From Lingula anatina (Eukaryota > Animalia > Brachiopoda), in NCBI GenBank assembly GCA_051362555.1, contig CM120642.1, positions 17,050,001-17,114,000 on the forward strand: 64,000 nucleotides of DNA, in the 5' to 3' direction. A model generated the notes under the pieces. It had not been told where the DNA came from, searched no databases, and saw nothing but the letters and a program-made list of their open reading frames with translations. Below are positions 52,601 through 64,000 of this stretch, in pieces; within the stretch, counting starts at the first letter, position 1, and each line of letters starts with the position of its first letter. Position numbers and translations under genes: made by a program.

Positions 52601-54465
52601 ACTGAGCCTACAACTACAACAACCTCCAAACCTACAACTTCAACTGAACCTTCAACTACAACAACTACCAAGCTTACAACGACAACAACTGAGCCTACAA
52701 CTACAACAACCACCAAAGCTGCCACAATTAAGAATGAACCTACAACTACAACAACTGCAAAACCTACAACTACTACAACTGAGCCTATAACTACAACAAC
52801 CTCCAAACCTACAACTACAACTGAACCTTCAACTACAACAACTACCAAGCTTACAATGACTACAACTGAACCTTCAACTACAACAACCACCAAAGGTACA
52901 TCTACAACTGAACCTACCACTACAACAACCACCAAGCCTACCACGACTACAACTGAGCCTACAACTACAACAACCACCAAGCTCACACCGACTACAACTG
53001 AACCTACAACTACAACTGAACCTACAACTACAACAACCAAAGCTTCAATGACTACATCTGAACCTACCACTTCAACCACTTTACCTCCAACTAAACCAAG
53101 CACTTCATCACCCGAACCCAAAACATCTCCTGAAATTATGTCTTTTACTCCAGAACTCACCAAAAGCACTAAGCCCACGGCCACCATAAAACCTACCCCG
53201 TCTGAATCTTCCACTACTACAACAACCAGCAAACCTACCACTACTACATCTGATTCCCCAACTTCAACAACCACCAAACCTACAACTACTACAACTGAAC
53301 CCACAACTACTACAACCACAAAACCTACAACTACTACAACTGAACCCACAACTACTACAACCACAAAACCTACAACGACTACAACTGAACCTACAACTAC
53401 AACAACCACCAAACCTACGACGACTACAACTGAACCTACAACTACAACTGAACCCACAACTACAACAACCACCAAACCTACAACGACTACAACTGAACCT
53501 ACAACTACAACAACCACCAAACCTACAACGACTACAACTGAACCTACAACTACAACAACCACCAAACCTACAACGACTACAACTGAACCTACAACTACAA
53601 CTGAACCCACAACTACAACAACCACCAAACCTACGACGACTACAACTGAACCTACAACTACAACTGAACCCACAACTACAACAACTACCAAACCTACAAC
53701 GACTACAACTGAACCCACAACTACTACAACCACCAAAGCCACAACGACTACAACTACAACTGAGCCTACCACTACTACCTCTTCAACGACGACGTCTACC
53801 ACAAAGCCAACACCCACAGTTCCTTGTAAGTGTTTGCATTACTTTACTTACCTTAATCATAAAATGTCTTTTAATACCAGTCTGATATACGGGAAAATAA
53901 TTTTTGTTTGACGGTAGATTGATACGTGAGGATTTATTTCCTCCTCCCCTTAAATAATGCAGAAACAACGTTATTAGAAAAATGCTGTCATACCAAAAAT
54001 CGAGCTTATGACGTGCTAACAGCATTGTGTTGTTGATATTTTTATGTCAAGCAGATTCTCCTCGCCTGAACAGCTAGCTATGAACATCGTTTTAAAGCCT
54101 ATGTCATCACGGCTACCATGTATAAGCACTAGTCTGGTGCCAGGGAATTATTAGAAGACTTACATCTGATCTTGTCATTAAAGTCCATATCTCATAAAAC
54201 GACATCACAAATATCATTATCATCATCAACAACAAAAACAAACCGATCACTATTTTACACAAATTCACAAAGCAGTCAAATTGGACAGGGCTTAAAAGCA
54301 GAAGTGCCTAGGGTTGTGAATTAAACAACAAAACCTCAAATTTTTGCATTAAAAATTTTACATTTGATTGCACTAACATCTAGATAAGTAAATTATGCAT
54401 TTAAGAACCCAATGAATGGAGCTATTTTGGCCAATTCAATTCAAACCGTTGTCACGTATTGATCC

Positions 54466-54504
<39 letters not shown>

Positions 54505-55604
54505 GGGGGGGGGGGGTTCCAGGGGTTTGTAATATGATAAACACGATATTTTCCTGTAACTAGGAGTAAATATTCACTGTTTTTTAGGTTTATTGTCCAC
54601 ATATGATTGTTAATCTTTTCTCTTGTTTCAGCTAATAAATGCTTCCATAAAGGCAAGTACTATGACCAGGGCGAGGAGTGGTTCGAGGGCTGTGAGACCA
54701 AATGCCAGTGTATATTTGCACCAGACTTCGTTCAGTGTGGCAAAAGGTCAGTTCTGAATAGAAATATACCATATTATTAGAAGGCGGAGAAAGGATTTTG
54801 TTGGAAGAGGGGGTGGGCGATCACATGGAAAAAAATTATGCGAATGCACATCAAATATGAAATGATTGGTCGAGGAAAGTTGTATTGCGGAATGTAAGAC
54901 ATAAGGAGTTAAATTCACTCGATTTTGTCTAAATTCGTTTGTTACACTGTGTTTTGGGTGGAAGTAGAGTGTACATCCAAAGTAAAGGAGAAATTAATAT
55001 GCGGTACACTGGATCCACCATTGCTCCTGTTTGGATCTTGGCGCGCAATGGTGCAATTCCTAGCCATGGTATCTTTTTTTTTCAAATTCTAAAATCCTGA
55101 AAGTTTATTTAAGCAAACATTTTTTCCGCTTAAATCAAGCCGTGAAAATAGTAGGTCACTTTCTGGCATTTGTAACTTGTTAATGTACAATGATTGGTCA
55201 GTTCCTATTTTTTTTAATTTCAATTAAAAGATCAAATATGCGTTTTTCCACAATTATCAGGCATCTATGCAGAAAAGATAAAACTTAAATCAATTTAAGT
55301 CCTATGTATGGTCTTTAAATAAAACAAGTGTTTCCACTAAAATTGACAAAAACTTACTCAAAAAAGTATTTATAACCTTTAATACGTGGAAATACGTGGA
55401 ATACGTGCACAAACATATAGTCATTACAACATAATTTTTCAGTATTAACGACAAGTAATATTAAATCTTTAGTTTCAAATCGACTCTCTACATTACAGGT
55501 GCTTCGAGTGGAATGTATTGCCTGCAGGCTGTAGGCTGGAGCCCATGCCAGAAGACGCATGTTGCAAGATAGCAGTTTGCCCAGAAAACCCAGCTTTTGG
55601 ATAA
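38819..55604 (+). CDS. Gene D: giant secreted mucin-like protein (~3177 aa): signal peptide, ChtBD2, 13 vWC-like domains separated by Thr/Pro/Lys/Glu-rich spacers
   Basis: Exons 38819-38866, 39137-39191, 39327-39672, 40010-40321, 40802-41359, 41632-42057, 42414-42785, 43071-43517, 44067-44702, 44917-45807, 46260-47111, 47739-48632, 49206-50009, 50564-51202, 51793-53825, 54632-54746, 55499-55604 (9534 nt, phases consistent). MQKTWIVCLVLVTFSLG; ChtBD2 ACNG...PNDCRKYTIC...QTCDSNLVFNQRTNEC...PC; repeat KCTYKGKLYSGGEVWEDDCQIHTCVAPPFFIHSKPR/C..C..EDP..PCCQK.IC; ends CFEWNVLPAGCRLEPMPEDACCKIAVCPENPAFG*. Confidence 0.92.
40010..51202 (+). repeat. Array of 11 tandem exon+intron duplication units within gene D
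   Basis: Each exon ends in a near-identical ~130-nt block (...CCTGAACCAAAATGTACCTACAAGGGTAAACTGTACAGTGGCGGTGAAGTGTGGGAAGACGACTGTCA...CCAAG|GTAAG). Introns before exons 9-15 share AAAATTACCTTACCAACTTAACATTGAAAATGCA...TATATTTCAG. Confidence 0.95.
40645..40693. repeat. (TAA)n microsatellite
   Basis: Seen directly. Confidence 0.9.
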
Positions 55605-56344
55605 AGAAAAGACAGCACTGTGTTTAGATCAATATCGTCAATTTTGTGACCCTTGATTTAAGGACTTCGATTTTTTGTTGTGACTAAATGCACGTACAAT
55701 ACACATTATCACGTACAGTGCAGGTGATTGTAAAGCGAAAATTCACGTACAACAATAATGATGGGAACATTTCACTAAATAATCTTTATTTGCTTACTTT
55801 ACTAGTGTGGTCTGAATCAACTGAATTCTTTAAACTTAGTGAAGTTTAAATCAGTACGACTTATGCTATTCAGGAATTCCCAACAACGCCGGAAAGTTTA
55901 ACAATAAGTTGAGTATCTTTTGTTGGTCAGGGAATGCAAAGAGCGATTTACATTTTTTCAGAGCGACCAGTGCATGACCTTATAAGGTTATTTCCCTATT
56001 ATAAATTTTACCTAGCCGATCAACATACCCCTGTTAAGTAGTGTAAAACATTCGATTGTATAGCTACTCTAAACTGACATAACAAAAAACTTCCATTATT
56101 TCGCTTCAAATGATAACTATTTTATTCACTGCCTATAACCAGTCGATTGATTTTTCTTGAAAATCTCGAATCGGAAGTGTTCTTGACAGTGTGCAAGTGA
56201 ACCGAGAAGAAGGGGTGGGTCACCTGATCTCAATGACCCAAAGATCAGTGAAATAAAATGTTTTATGCTACTGAAAATAAGTACAGTTAACGGTTGCTAG
56301 TAGTTTGGTAACATTTTTTTAGTTTGTGCATTTACTGTCCATAT

Positions 56345-56823
56345 TCAAATCTTTGTATCTTGAAAACCCTCATTCACGTGTGCACGCCTGACATCACTGT
56401 CGGTTCCATTTTTCCCTGACCAGCGGTCACTTGAAAGGTCATCATCATCATTGTCTTTTTTACCGCAGAAGCACCAAGTCCTTTCTGGAAGGTCATCTTG
56501 CATTAACTTGTCTCGTGTTTCATCCTGAGTCAAGTTTAAAAGCCCAGACGCCAAGGATAACGCCCCACTCAGGACGAAGGGGAAGATGTTCCAAAATTTG
56601 GTCTGCGAATGGAACGAAAACACATCAATACTAATTTATATCGTTAAAATGAATGCAGACACACATTCGGTCGTCTCGCATGAACCAAAATCAGTGTATA
56701 CACTTTTCTTTTATATCTAAGTCAACTTATATCGGAAACGTGTTATCACGTGCACAACAGCCAAAATGCCACTCCCTCTCTTTCTCTCCCCCTACTCTCT
56801 CTCTCTCTCTCTCTCTCTCTCAT

Positions 56824-56861
<38 letters not shown>

Positions 56862-59800
56862 AGCGAATGTTTTTAACGCTCTGCTGTTGGGGGGCACAGA
56901 TAAAATTGTCGAGTTCTTATAAAAGTATAATATACTGTTCAATCATGAAAATTGCTTGTTTCGTGTTATTATTTTAAAAATACTTTTGTGGAATGAAGGG
57001 TGCCGGGAAGGGGGTACATGTACAAACTACCAGAACATGAGGGTACATGTAAGGCAGAGGCATGCGTCCTCCACCGCGGTCACACTGTGTGGGTGGTTTA
57101 CCTACCAGGTAAGCTGTCTGGGGCGCAAGAATCCCTCCCACTCTGGCTGCCATGGAGTTTAAACCTATCCCTATGTCTCTGAAATTATATATCATTCTTG
57201 TTAGCAAATGAATAAGGCATCATAAACGTATTTTTAAACTTATAGATAAAAAAAGTATTATTTAAATGTCATTCGTCGAGAATTTTGAGAAAAATCCATG
57301 CCAATATCTAACTCTGCAGTGGTTAGATAAATATAAACGTTGAAAAATGTTACGAAAATGGCAAGCTGGTACGTTGTTTTGACGTCATGTATGGCCTTGA
57401 CACCGAAACAGTTATTGGCCAATTATTGCTTTACATGTATGACCCAATTACCTGACACGCGTTGGGTAGCTCTCTCCCGTCCATACAAACAAGTTTGTCC
57501 AGGAAGTGGACACAAGATTATTAGCTGTGGTGGAGAGGATGTTGGTGATAAGCCAGTATTCTTCATTGATTTCTATGAATAAATGAGATTCGACGGACGT
57601 GTATCATTTTATTAAAATAATAAAATATTTAGAAACCTTTAGACGTTATAAGTGCATGTATGATCGTTTTCTTGTTATTTCATTTATGCTCGAAACTATG
57701 AAGATTCCTTTTTTTGATTTTTATCATTTTTATGAATATCTAAAGTTTGTAATTTTCAATCTATTTTGAAATTGGTTTGATTTAAAATACACTCTTTGCA
57801 AATTGGTTATAGAAGCTTACAAATAAGTACAAATGCAATTTAATCAAACAAGGCATCATTGTATGAGCCCACGTTTTGCAGATAACTCGCTAAATTTGCT
57901 CTTACCTAAAACATACAAAACAACGACTGGAATCAAAATTATAACTGCAATGAACTGATAGCTGATGATGCACTTCTTTCTGCCAAAACTGAAAATTAGA
58001 ATATGAAACATTTAATTTGATTAAACTAAAATTTAAATATTCAGATAAATTAATGAAATGCGTGTACTATGCGACGAGAGTAAATCTTATGAAGATGCGA
58101 TATCGTATCACAATAAAACAAGAATATAAAAGACTAAAGGAAAGCTCTCGAGTTTAAAATAAATCGCCAAAAATTTCGAGTGGATAGTATTTCACACTTA
58201 CTACATTGGCAGTACGCTGAGCACGACGTTGAAAACCCACAATGTGCCCACATTAATAAGAGTATTGATATAGATGTCTCCCGCCATGTTCTTCAAGTTA
58301 AATTGCAGGCCATAACTTATCACGCTGACACTGAACCTGAAAAGAAAAGGAAAAACCTTTATATGTTGTAACTTCATACAAAATTGTACTATGTACACGT
58401 ATTTTAACTTTCATGAATTGAATACCAAAAAAGTGTGTTAAACCGTGCATATATAAAGCAAACAGTTCAGTTTAGTGTAAACTGTATTAAAGGGGCAGCA
58501 ACTAGTTTAAAAGAATAGCATTATGATATTACTTTTAAGTATATTTGTGGGTCATTATCTGTACGTATATATTTTAAGAATTAAACAAAGATAAGAATGA
58601 AGCACAATGCAAATTATACACAAGGATAATCTTGTTAGACAAAACATTATGCAAAGGGGGTTTAAATAATAATTTTATGAGTGGGATAATATAGGGTGGG
58701 TTTATATAGGAAAGGTCATCGGCTAAATAGCAAGAAGCAGATTTGTGTTTAACAAACTAATTACCAGACAAACATGAAAGAAAGAGTCATTTTTGCCATA
58801 GCAGGTGTTCGAAATAGATCCCAGTACGTTGTGTTCACATGCTTCTCGCCCTCTTGGAGCCGTCTTTGTGTCTGGAATATAATGATACTTGTTATCCATT
58901 TAATATATATGAATTGTCGGAAATGATAAACGCTCTTAATTAATCATGAATCGTTAAAAAACAATTAATTTAATAGAAAAGATAGAAAACATCCAAGTGC
59001 AGGGGCAGGTCGAGCAACTTTTTTGTGATGAGGAAATTGTTTTTTTCTCTTTTTGTTTTAAGGATAATTAGATTTGGTCAGTAAAAAAAAACGTATGGAA
59101 TTATTTTATAATGAAGCCATTGGATTAAAGTACTGGTATGGAATCACTAATAAACTTTGCTTTTTAGTAATTGCAATCAAACAACACTGACCTCATAGTC
59201 TTTAAAGAAAGTGTCTATATCTGGCATAGGTTTCTTATTTCTATCAGCGATCCTTTTTGTAATGGCCTTGACCTCGTCATATCTCCCCTGTGTAAGCAGC
59301 CATCTTGGGCTCTCGGGAAGATACCTGTAGCACAGAAGAGCAGTTTAATCAACTCATTCTTCAACTCATTGGAATTACAACCGTTCCATGGACAACTATT
59401 TCACAAGCAACGATGGGAAATTTACGACATGAATATTAAAGGGATCTGAAACACGCACGAAGCGCCGACAACAAACACATCTGAAATACATTTCTCTTAA
59501 CAACTAACATGGGCTTGTGTCCATAAAAATGTAAACAACAACAAAACAACAAACAACGAACACACACACACACAAAAAGAAACGGATATCACAAAATAGG
59601 TGATATTAATATTCCGATGTGTTATGTCTCTCTCTCTCTTTAGCTTTTTTATTCGAAGGTAAAATAAATTAGATATATGTATATAAATAATATATAAAAA
59701 TAAATATATATAAGAAATCCGAGATATTAAGTTCATACTTGAGTCAAAATCTCGTGTTTTGTACTACTAGATAAGATTTATGGTTTTGCGTACATTTACA

Positions 59801-62664
59801 GATGCTCATTCTTTCCGTGCGATAGCAGTTTCATTCATAAACTTACCACCAAGCAAACAGCCACAAAAACCCAGGAAGAGAAGTGCCCATCATGGTGTGT
59901 CGCCAATCTCTTGTGAAATAGGCTATGGCAGTGAGTATACAGCCTCCAAATGGCCAGGCTCCAAAGACGCCGAGGATAGGGCGATATTTTGGACCAAGAA
60001 ACTCCACTGACCACACAAAACCAATCACTATGCCTCCTAGAAAATACAAATGTGTTGTCAGGTTCCACGGTTTTGGTTAATTAGGATACAGGCTACGTAC
60101 CCATTTTAATATCTCAATTGAAAAAAAAAAGACGATAAATATTTGCATTCGCCACGCTATGCAACGTGTTTGCCTCAACGATTTAGTGTATATGATATAA
60201 ACTAATGCGTGATATACATATACTAGTACATATACATATAGAATTATGTGTAGGGCTAATAATTTTGAAACACAATTTTCGTTGGACACTCTATTGTTTA
60301 AATGTGAAAGCATCATTTTACAGATAGCCAAAGCAGAAAACAACATTTCGCCTTTAAAAGGGTACGAGAAGCAACAGATAGTAAAGCAACAGATACACCT
60401 ATATGGCAGATTGATATCGGTACACATTTTTGTTTCAAAATGTATCGCCGTCTCTTACCTCCAATTGCTACCCCATTAAAAAATCGCAAAGCAGCAAACA
60501 TATACCAATTAACAGAGAAACTCTGAATGAATCCGAATAGGCTAACCATCATAATAGCAGTGTAGAATGTCTGAAAGAAAAAAGTGTTTTTTTTTTATGC
60601 ACGGGTGGCCTCACTATTAGGTGCGAGTGATGCTTTTAAGTAAAAGCTTAACTTTTTTTTAGCTAAAAATGCAACCAACTTTTCTAAGGTACATCTAGTG
60701 TGAATTAATTTTTAAAAGCTTTGACGCCTTCATGTACACCAGCAGATCATTTCAAAAGTACAGAATAAGACGTCATTTTTTAAGTCAGTGTTTTTAGACA
60801 AAACCTGTACTCTTGCTGTAGCTCACACAGATAGTTGCTTTGAGTCACATGAAATGCTGGAAAAATGTGCCATGCATTTCATGTTTAAAGAAAATATTCA
60901 CCATGAAACAGGTTCATAACATTGTGATTTCGGAACTCAAATCAGAACAAAATTATATAGCTAGATGAGAACTGATACCTTCTTTCTCCCAAACCAGTCG
61001 GAGAGTTGCCCAAAAATTAGAGATCCGAACAACACACCGGCCATTTGTAATGACGTAATGGTGTCACTGACAAAATCTGTCCCACATACCAGTTGCCACT
61101 GCAATAAGAAGCCAAAAATAATATTGGCGCTACAACGATCACAAAGAGAAATGATTTTCACCAAAACGTGTAACTAATTACCATATTTACAACGTATTTT
61201 AGTTATGAAAAATAAAACTAATTGTATGGCCTGTTACTGAAGACTGTAAAAATTGACACCAATTAGCTAGTCTATACATGTAAAATATGCTTAATATTGG
61301 TGTTAGGGTGACGCGTTGTCCGTAGCTCTATTGTATCTTTTAAAAATTGTTAATGATATATCAAAATGGGCATGGCCAACGAACCTCAGAGACTATGGAT
61401 GTAAAGTCCTGATTGAAGACATATCCATCACAAATTTCATTGGTGGGACCACACTGGTCTTTTACCAAACCTGTCCTATTTGTCGCGTTGCTGCCGAGAT
61501 ACGACGGCGTAGACTGCATCAGAGAAGACGTTGGCCACGTATGATTGGTCAAACCAGAATCGTTGAGAAGGTTCGTGTTTGGGCAGGTGTAACCCGGGTT
61601 TGCTCCGACGTAAATCATGAGCATCATGTCCCAGCCTGTGTTGAACTTCCATCCAACATCGATCAGTAATACCAATGTCAACTGGTACCATCCTAATTGT
61701 CCTACATGTAATAGAGGAAGAGCATAAAAATTGAGGAGTCGAAAGTACAGAGGTAGCAAAAAAGTTTTGTTCACATATATGATTCCTGTCCGCCACAATG
61801 TGTCACAAGACAATTGTATCATGCGACAATACGGGATGAAAACTGAAAACACACAATGTTTTTTTTTTATTTACATTAAAATTTACAAAAAAGGGACTAT
61901 TCTAAAGAAAAGGGGCTAGGGGTGGTCGGAGAGGGGGGCGAAACGATTCCCCTTAAGCTGTACAAAAAGTCTGCACATAAAAAAATAATATGCGCATAAG
62001 AACGGGAAACAAAAAGAAAGAAACTCAACAGTAGATTAGGATGGACTTGCTCCTGTGTCCAGGAACAACCCCTAGATTAACTTAGACGGCGTGTCAACAC
62101 GTCAACAGGTCTTGTTGACACTGGGTCAGGAAATGGTACAGCAAATAAATAATTCATAACGGCCCAGAATGCTGTTCACGTAAGCGTAAGGTAACAGATC
62201 TGTAGATACTGTGAAGTAGGGCCCATTAACTCCCCCTATATGAAATGCAATGACAGGCCTACTAAAATGGCGTCATCAGGCACATTGCATCTTATTAAGC
62301 AGAACCAGAAGACGCTTTAACGATGAACAGTATAAACCTGTATTCTGATCAAACTTGAATCTTAAACAAATCTGCCATAAACATTTTATTTTCTAACTTT
62401 CATCTTGTGTCATCTTCCAGGAAAGGAGTTCCAATATTCATTATTGCAGAAATAGTTCTGACCATTGCTCACATGAAATAGCCAACGGCTCGTATTTGAA
62501 GCTATGCCTCTTCTTTACTTGCTCCTAGTTTGAAAGTACAGGATTAAACCAATATTAGGACCAGTTTTTGTGAGCCAACATTACGCTTAATTCGCTTATA
62601 CAAGAATAAATCTTCACATCGTCCACCTACCGACTTCTATAAGAATATCTTCATATTCCACCAT
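56345..62664 (-). CDS. SLC22: SLC22-family (organic cation/anion transporter-like, MFS) transporter, 560 aa
   Basis: 12 exons (minus): 62664-62631, 61701-61385, 61098-60979, 60570-60459, 60036-59847, 59324-59192, 58871-58765, 58336-58202, 57988-57906, 57572-57452, 57178-57106, 56602-56345 (1683 nt). Motifs: MVEYEDILIEVGQLGWYQ, glycosylated loop ending FTSIVSEWQLVC, GQLSDWFGRKK, EFLGPKYR, YFTRDWR, LPESPRWLL, YWDLFRTP, FGRK, ESYPTRVR, ARVGGILAP. Confidence 0.93.
56795..56859. repeat. Compound (CT)n(AC)n microsatellite
   Basis: Seen directly. Confidence 0.85.
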
Positions 62665-63558
62665 TTTAACACTTTCCTGGGGAAATCCTCACTTCTGAAA
62701 TCTAGCTAGTGTGTTATTCCTAGACAATATAAGCCGTTCATACCACGTCGGCTGGAGAATTCTGGGTGGGGATGGACTTTGATAAAACCCTCCTCTTTAG
62801 AACTGTCTCCGTACAGTGAGTGTGTTGTTGTGTCGTTATTTAAGAAGAGATAAGGTGTATATATACATAAAACTGGATAGGAACGTCTGATGAGAAATTT
62901 GGATGAAAGACTAGAGACAGTCATAGCTGTCATAGACCCTCGTTGTTAAGAGGTACCGAGCTGGGACCTTGTTCCACAGGCAGCGAAGCAGGGAAAGTTC
63001 TTATTTCCTGGGAATAACTGTTTATGTATGTCTATATATTAATATCAACAAACAAAGTCATTCTCCAATATTTTTAAGCAAAAACACTTATTTTAGTCTT
63101 TGATATAAAACATTTTGTCATATACAGTGAAAAGCTTGTCAAGCAATTCGATTTGCCTTGTTTCTTCAATTGCCTCTTTTTCAGATACTGTAGGTAGTAT
63201 TGCAATGCCATCTTGCAATTTTCAGACAAATTTGAAGCAGTGATGATATGATTTAACAGCTCTTGCGACTTGTATGGATGTATCATAAGGGAAATGGGTT
63301 ATCGCCGCTGAAACATTTACGTCACACTTAAGAAGTGTTTGCTCAGTCACTATCTGTTGGTATAACGGCGATCAAACTGTATCTTCAAAATAAACAGAAT
63401 ATTTGCAGGACAAATAGAGTATTTGGAGAACTGTGATTGCATGCTGATGTCATAATTCTAAGAGGGAGTGTTCACTAGGATTGTGGAGGGGGGGTAGGGG
63501 GTATGGAGGTTTATCCGAAATTAAGGGAGGGCACGTACCCGCTTTGCCATCTCTGGAC

Positions 63559-63729
63559 CCAGTGTAACGAAATTGAAGGTCCGTGTAACAGAAGGTCCGC
63601 CCTCCATTTAGTTATAATGGTTAGGGTTAGCCTGACCTAGGTGTGTCAAAATCAAGGGCGAGACTTACCTGTACAAATGAATGGGAAGCGGACTCCATAT
63701 TCTTGGGGAGTCTCTGTCACTTACACCGG
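63559..63729 (+). mobile_element. MITE family 4 copy
   Basis: CCAGTGTAACG...TTACACCGG; internal GGTTAGGGTTAG. Confidence 0.8.
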
Positions 63730-63894
63730 CAATATGTAGATCACTTTATACCGGCAATATGTAGACTGCGAAGAAAAAACGTTATCGACTTGGGTTAAGA
63801 CAGTAAGGTTTTATATTGGAATTTTGAAGGGGATTTTAATCAAAACGACACCGGCCCTAGAGCTTTAAATAGGTCTATGTAATTATTCTGTAAA

Positions 63895-64000
63895 GCCCCC
63901 TTTACACTGGACGGCGTCCTTTCTGCGTCCCGTAGTACGGCCCCGTTTGAGAGTGGAAAAAAAATTCTAAACGTGCCGAGAACTGGCCGATCACTTAGAA
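63895..64000. mobile_element. MITE family 3 copy (cut by window end)
   Basis: GCCCCCTTTACACTGGACGGCGTCCTTTC...TACGGCCCCGTTTGAGAGTG is the reverse complement of the right part of 15769-15978. Confidence 0.8.

Noticed and set aside
33466-53817. Long minus-strand poly-Val ORFs (e.g. 33466-33999, 44989-45687, 51679-53817; also 26630-26881)
   Set aside because: Antisense shadows of ACN (Thr) codon repeats. The plus strand has the splice sites, signal peptides and Cys domains.
62706-63286. Minus-strand ORFs upstream of SLC22 (62706-62933, 63074-63286)
   Set aside because: No recognisable motifs or consistent splice phases; may be 5' UTR or intergenic sequence.

Overview
AT-rich, intron-rich eukaryotic (invertebrate-type, probably lophotrochozoan/mollusc-like; taxon is inference only) genomic DNA. 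All gene models were assembled by hand from GT-AG sites, exon phases and translations. Left to right: (1) two terminal exons of an unidentified minus-strand gene (318-2527) with a decayed, TIR-complete Tc1 (DD34E) element in the intron (1058-2415); (2) a 293-aa secreted Cys-rich protein with an unrecognised core and a truncated cbEGF tail (+, 4846-7831); (3) a 17-exon copine (C2A-C2B-vWA; -, 19659-8980) whose last ~90-100 codons I cannot find; (4) a head-to-tail cluster of three secreted Thr-rich mucin-like genes sharing a two-exon C-terminal vWC-like domain that ends in Gly-stop but differing in their N-terminal glycan-binding modules: gene B CCP-like+WSC (22825-28286, 414 aa), gene C 2x ChtBD2 (29593-35366, 574 aa), gene D ChtBD2 + 13 vWC-like domains on Thr-rich spacers (38819-55604, ~3177 aa); (5) a second Tc1 relic (36522-37532); (6) a complete 12-exon SLC22-family transporter (-, 62664-56345, 560 aa); plus several MITE families and microsatellites. 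Gene D is the most striking structure. It has 11 tandem symmetric phase-2 exons, each carrying the C-half of one vWC, a Thr/Pro/Glu/Lys spacer and an almost invariant N-half of the next vWC, so skipping any of them keeps both frame and intact domains. The internal copies have lost exactly the C3/C5 cysteine pair.
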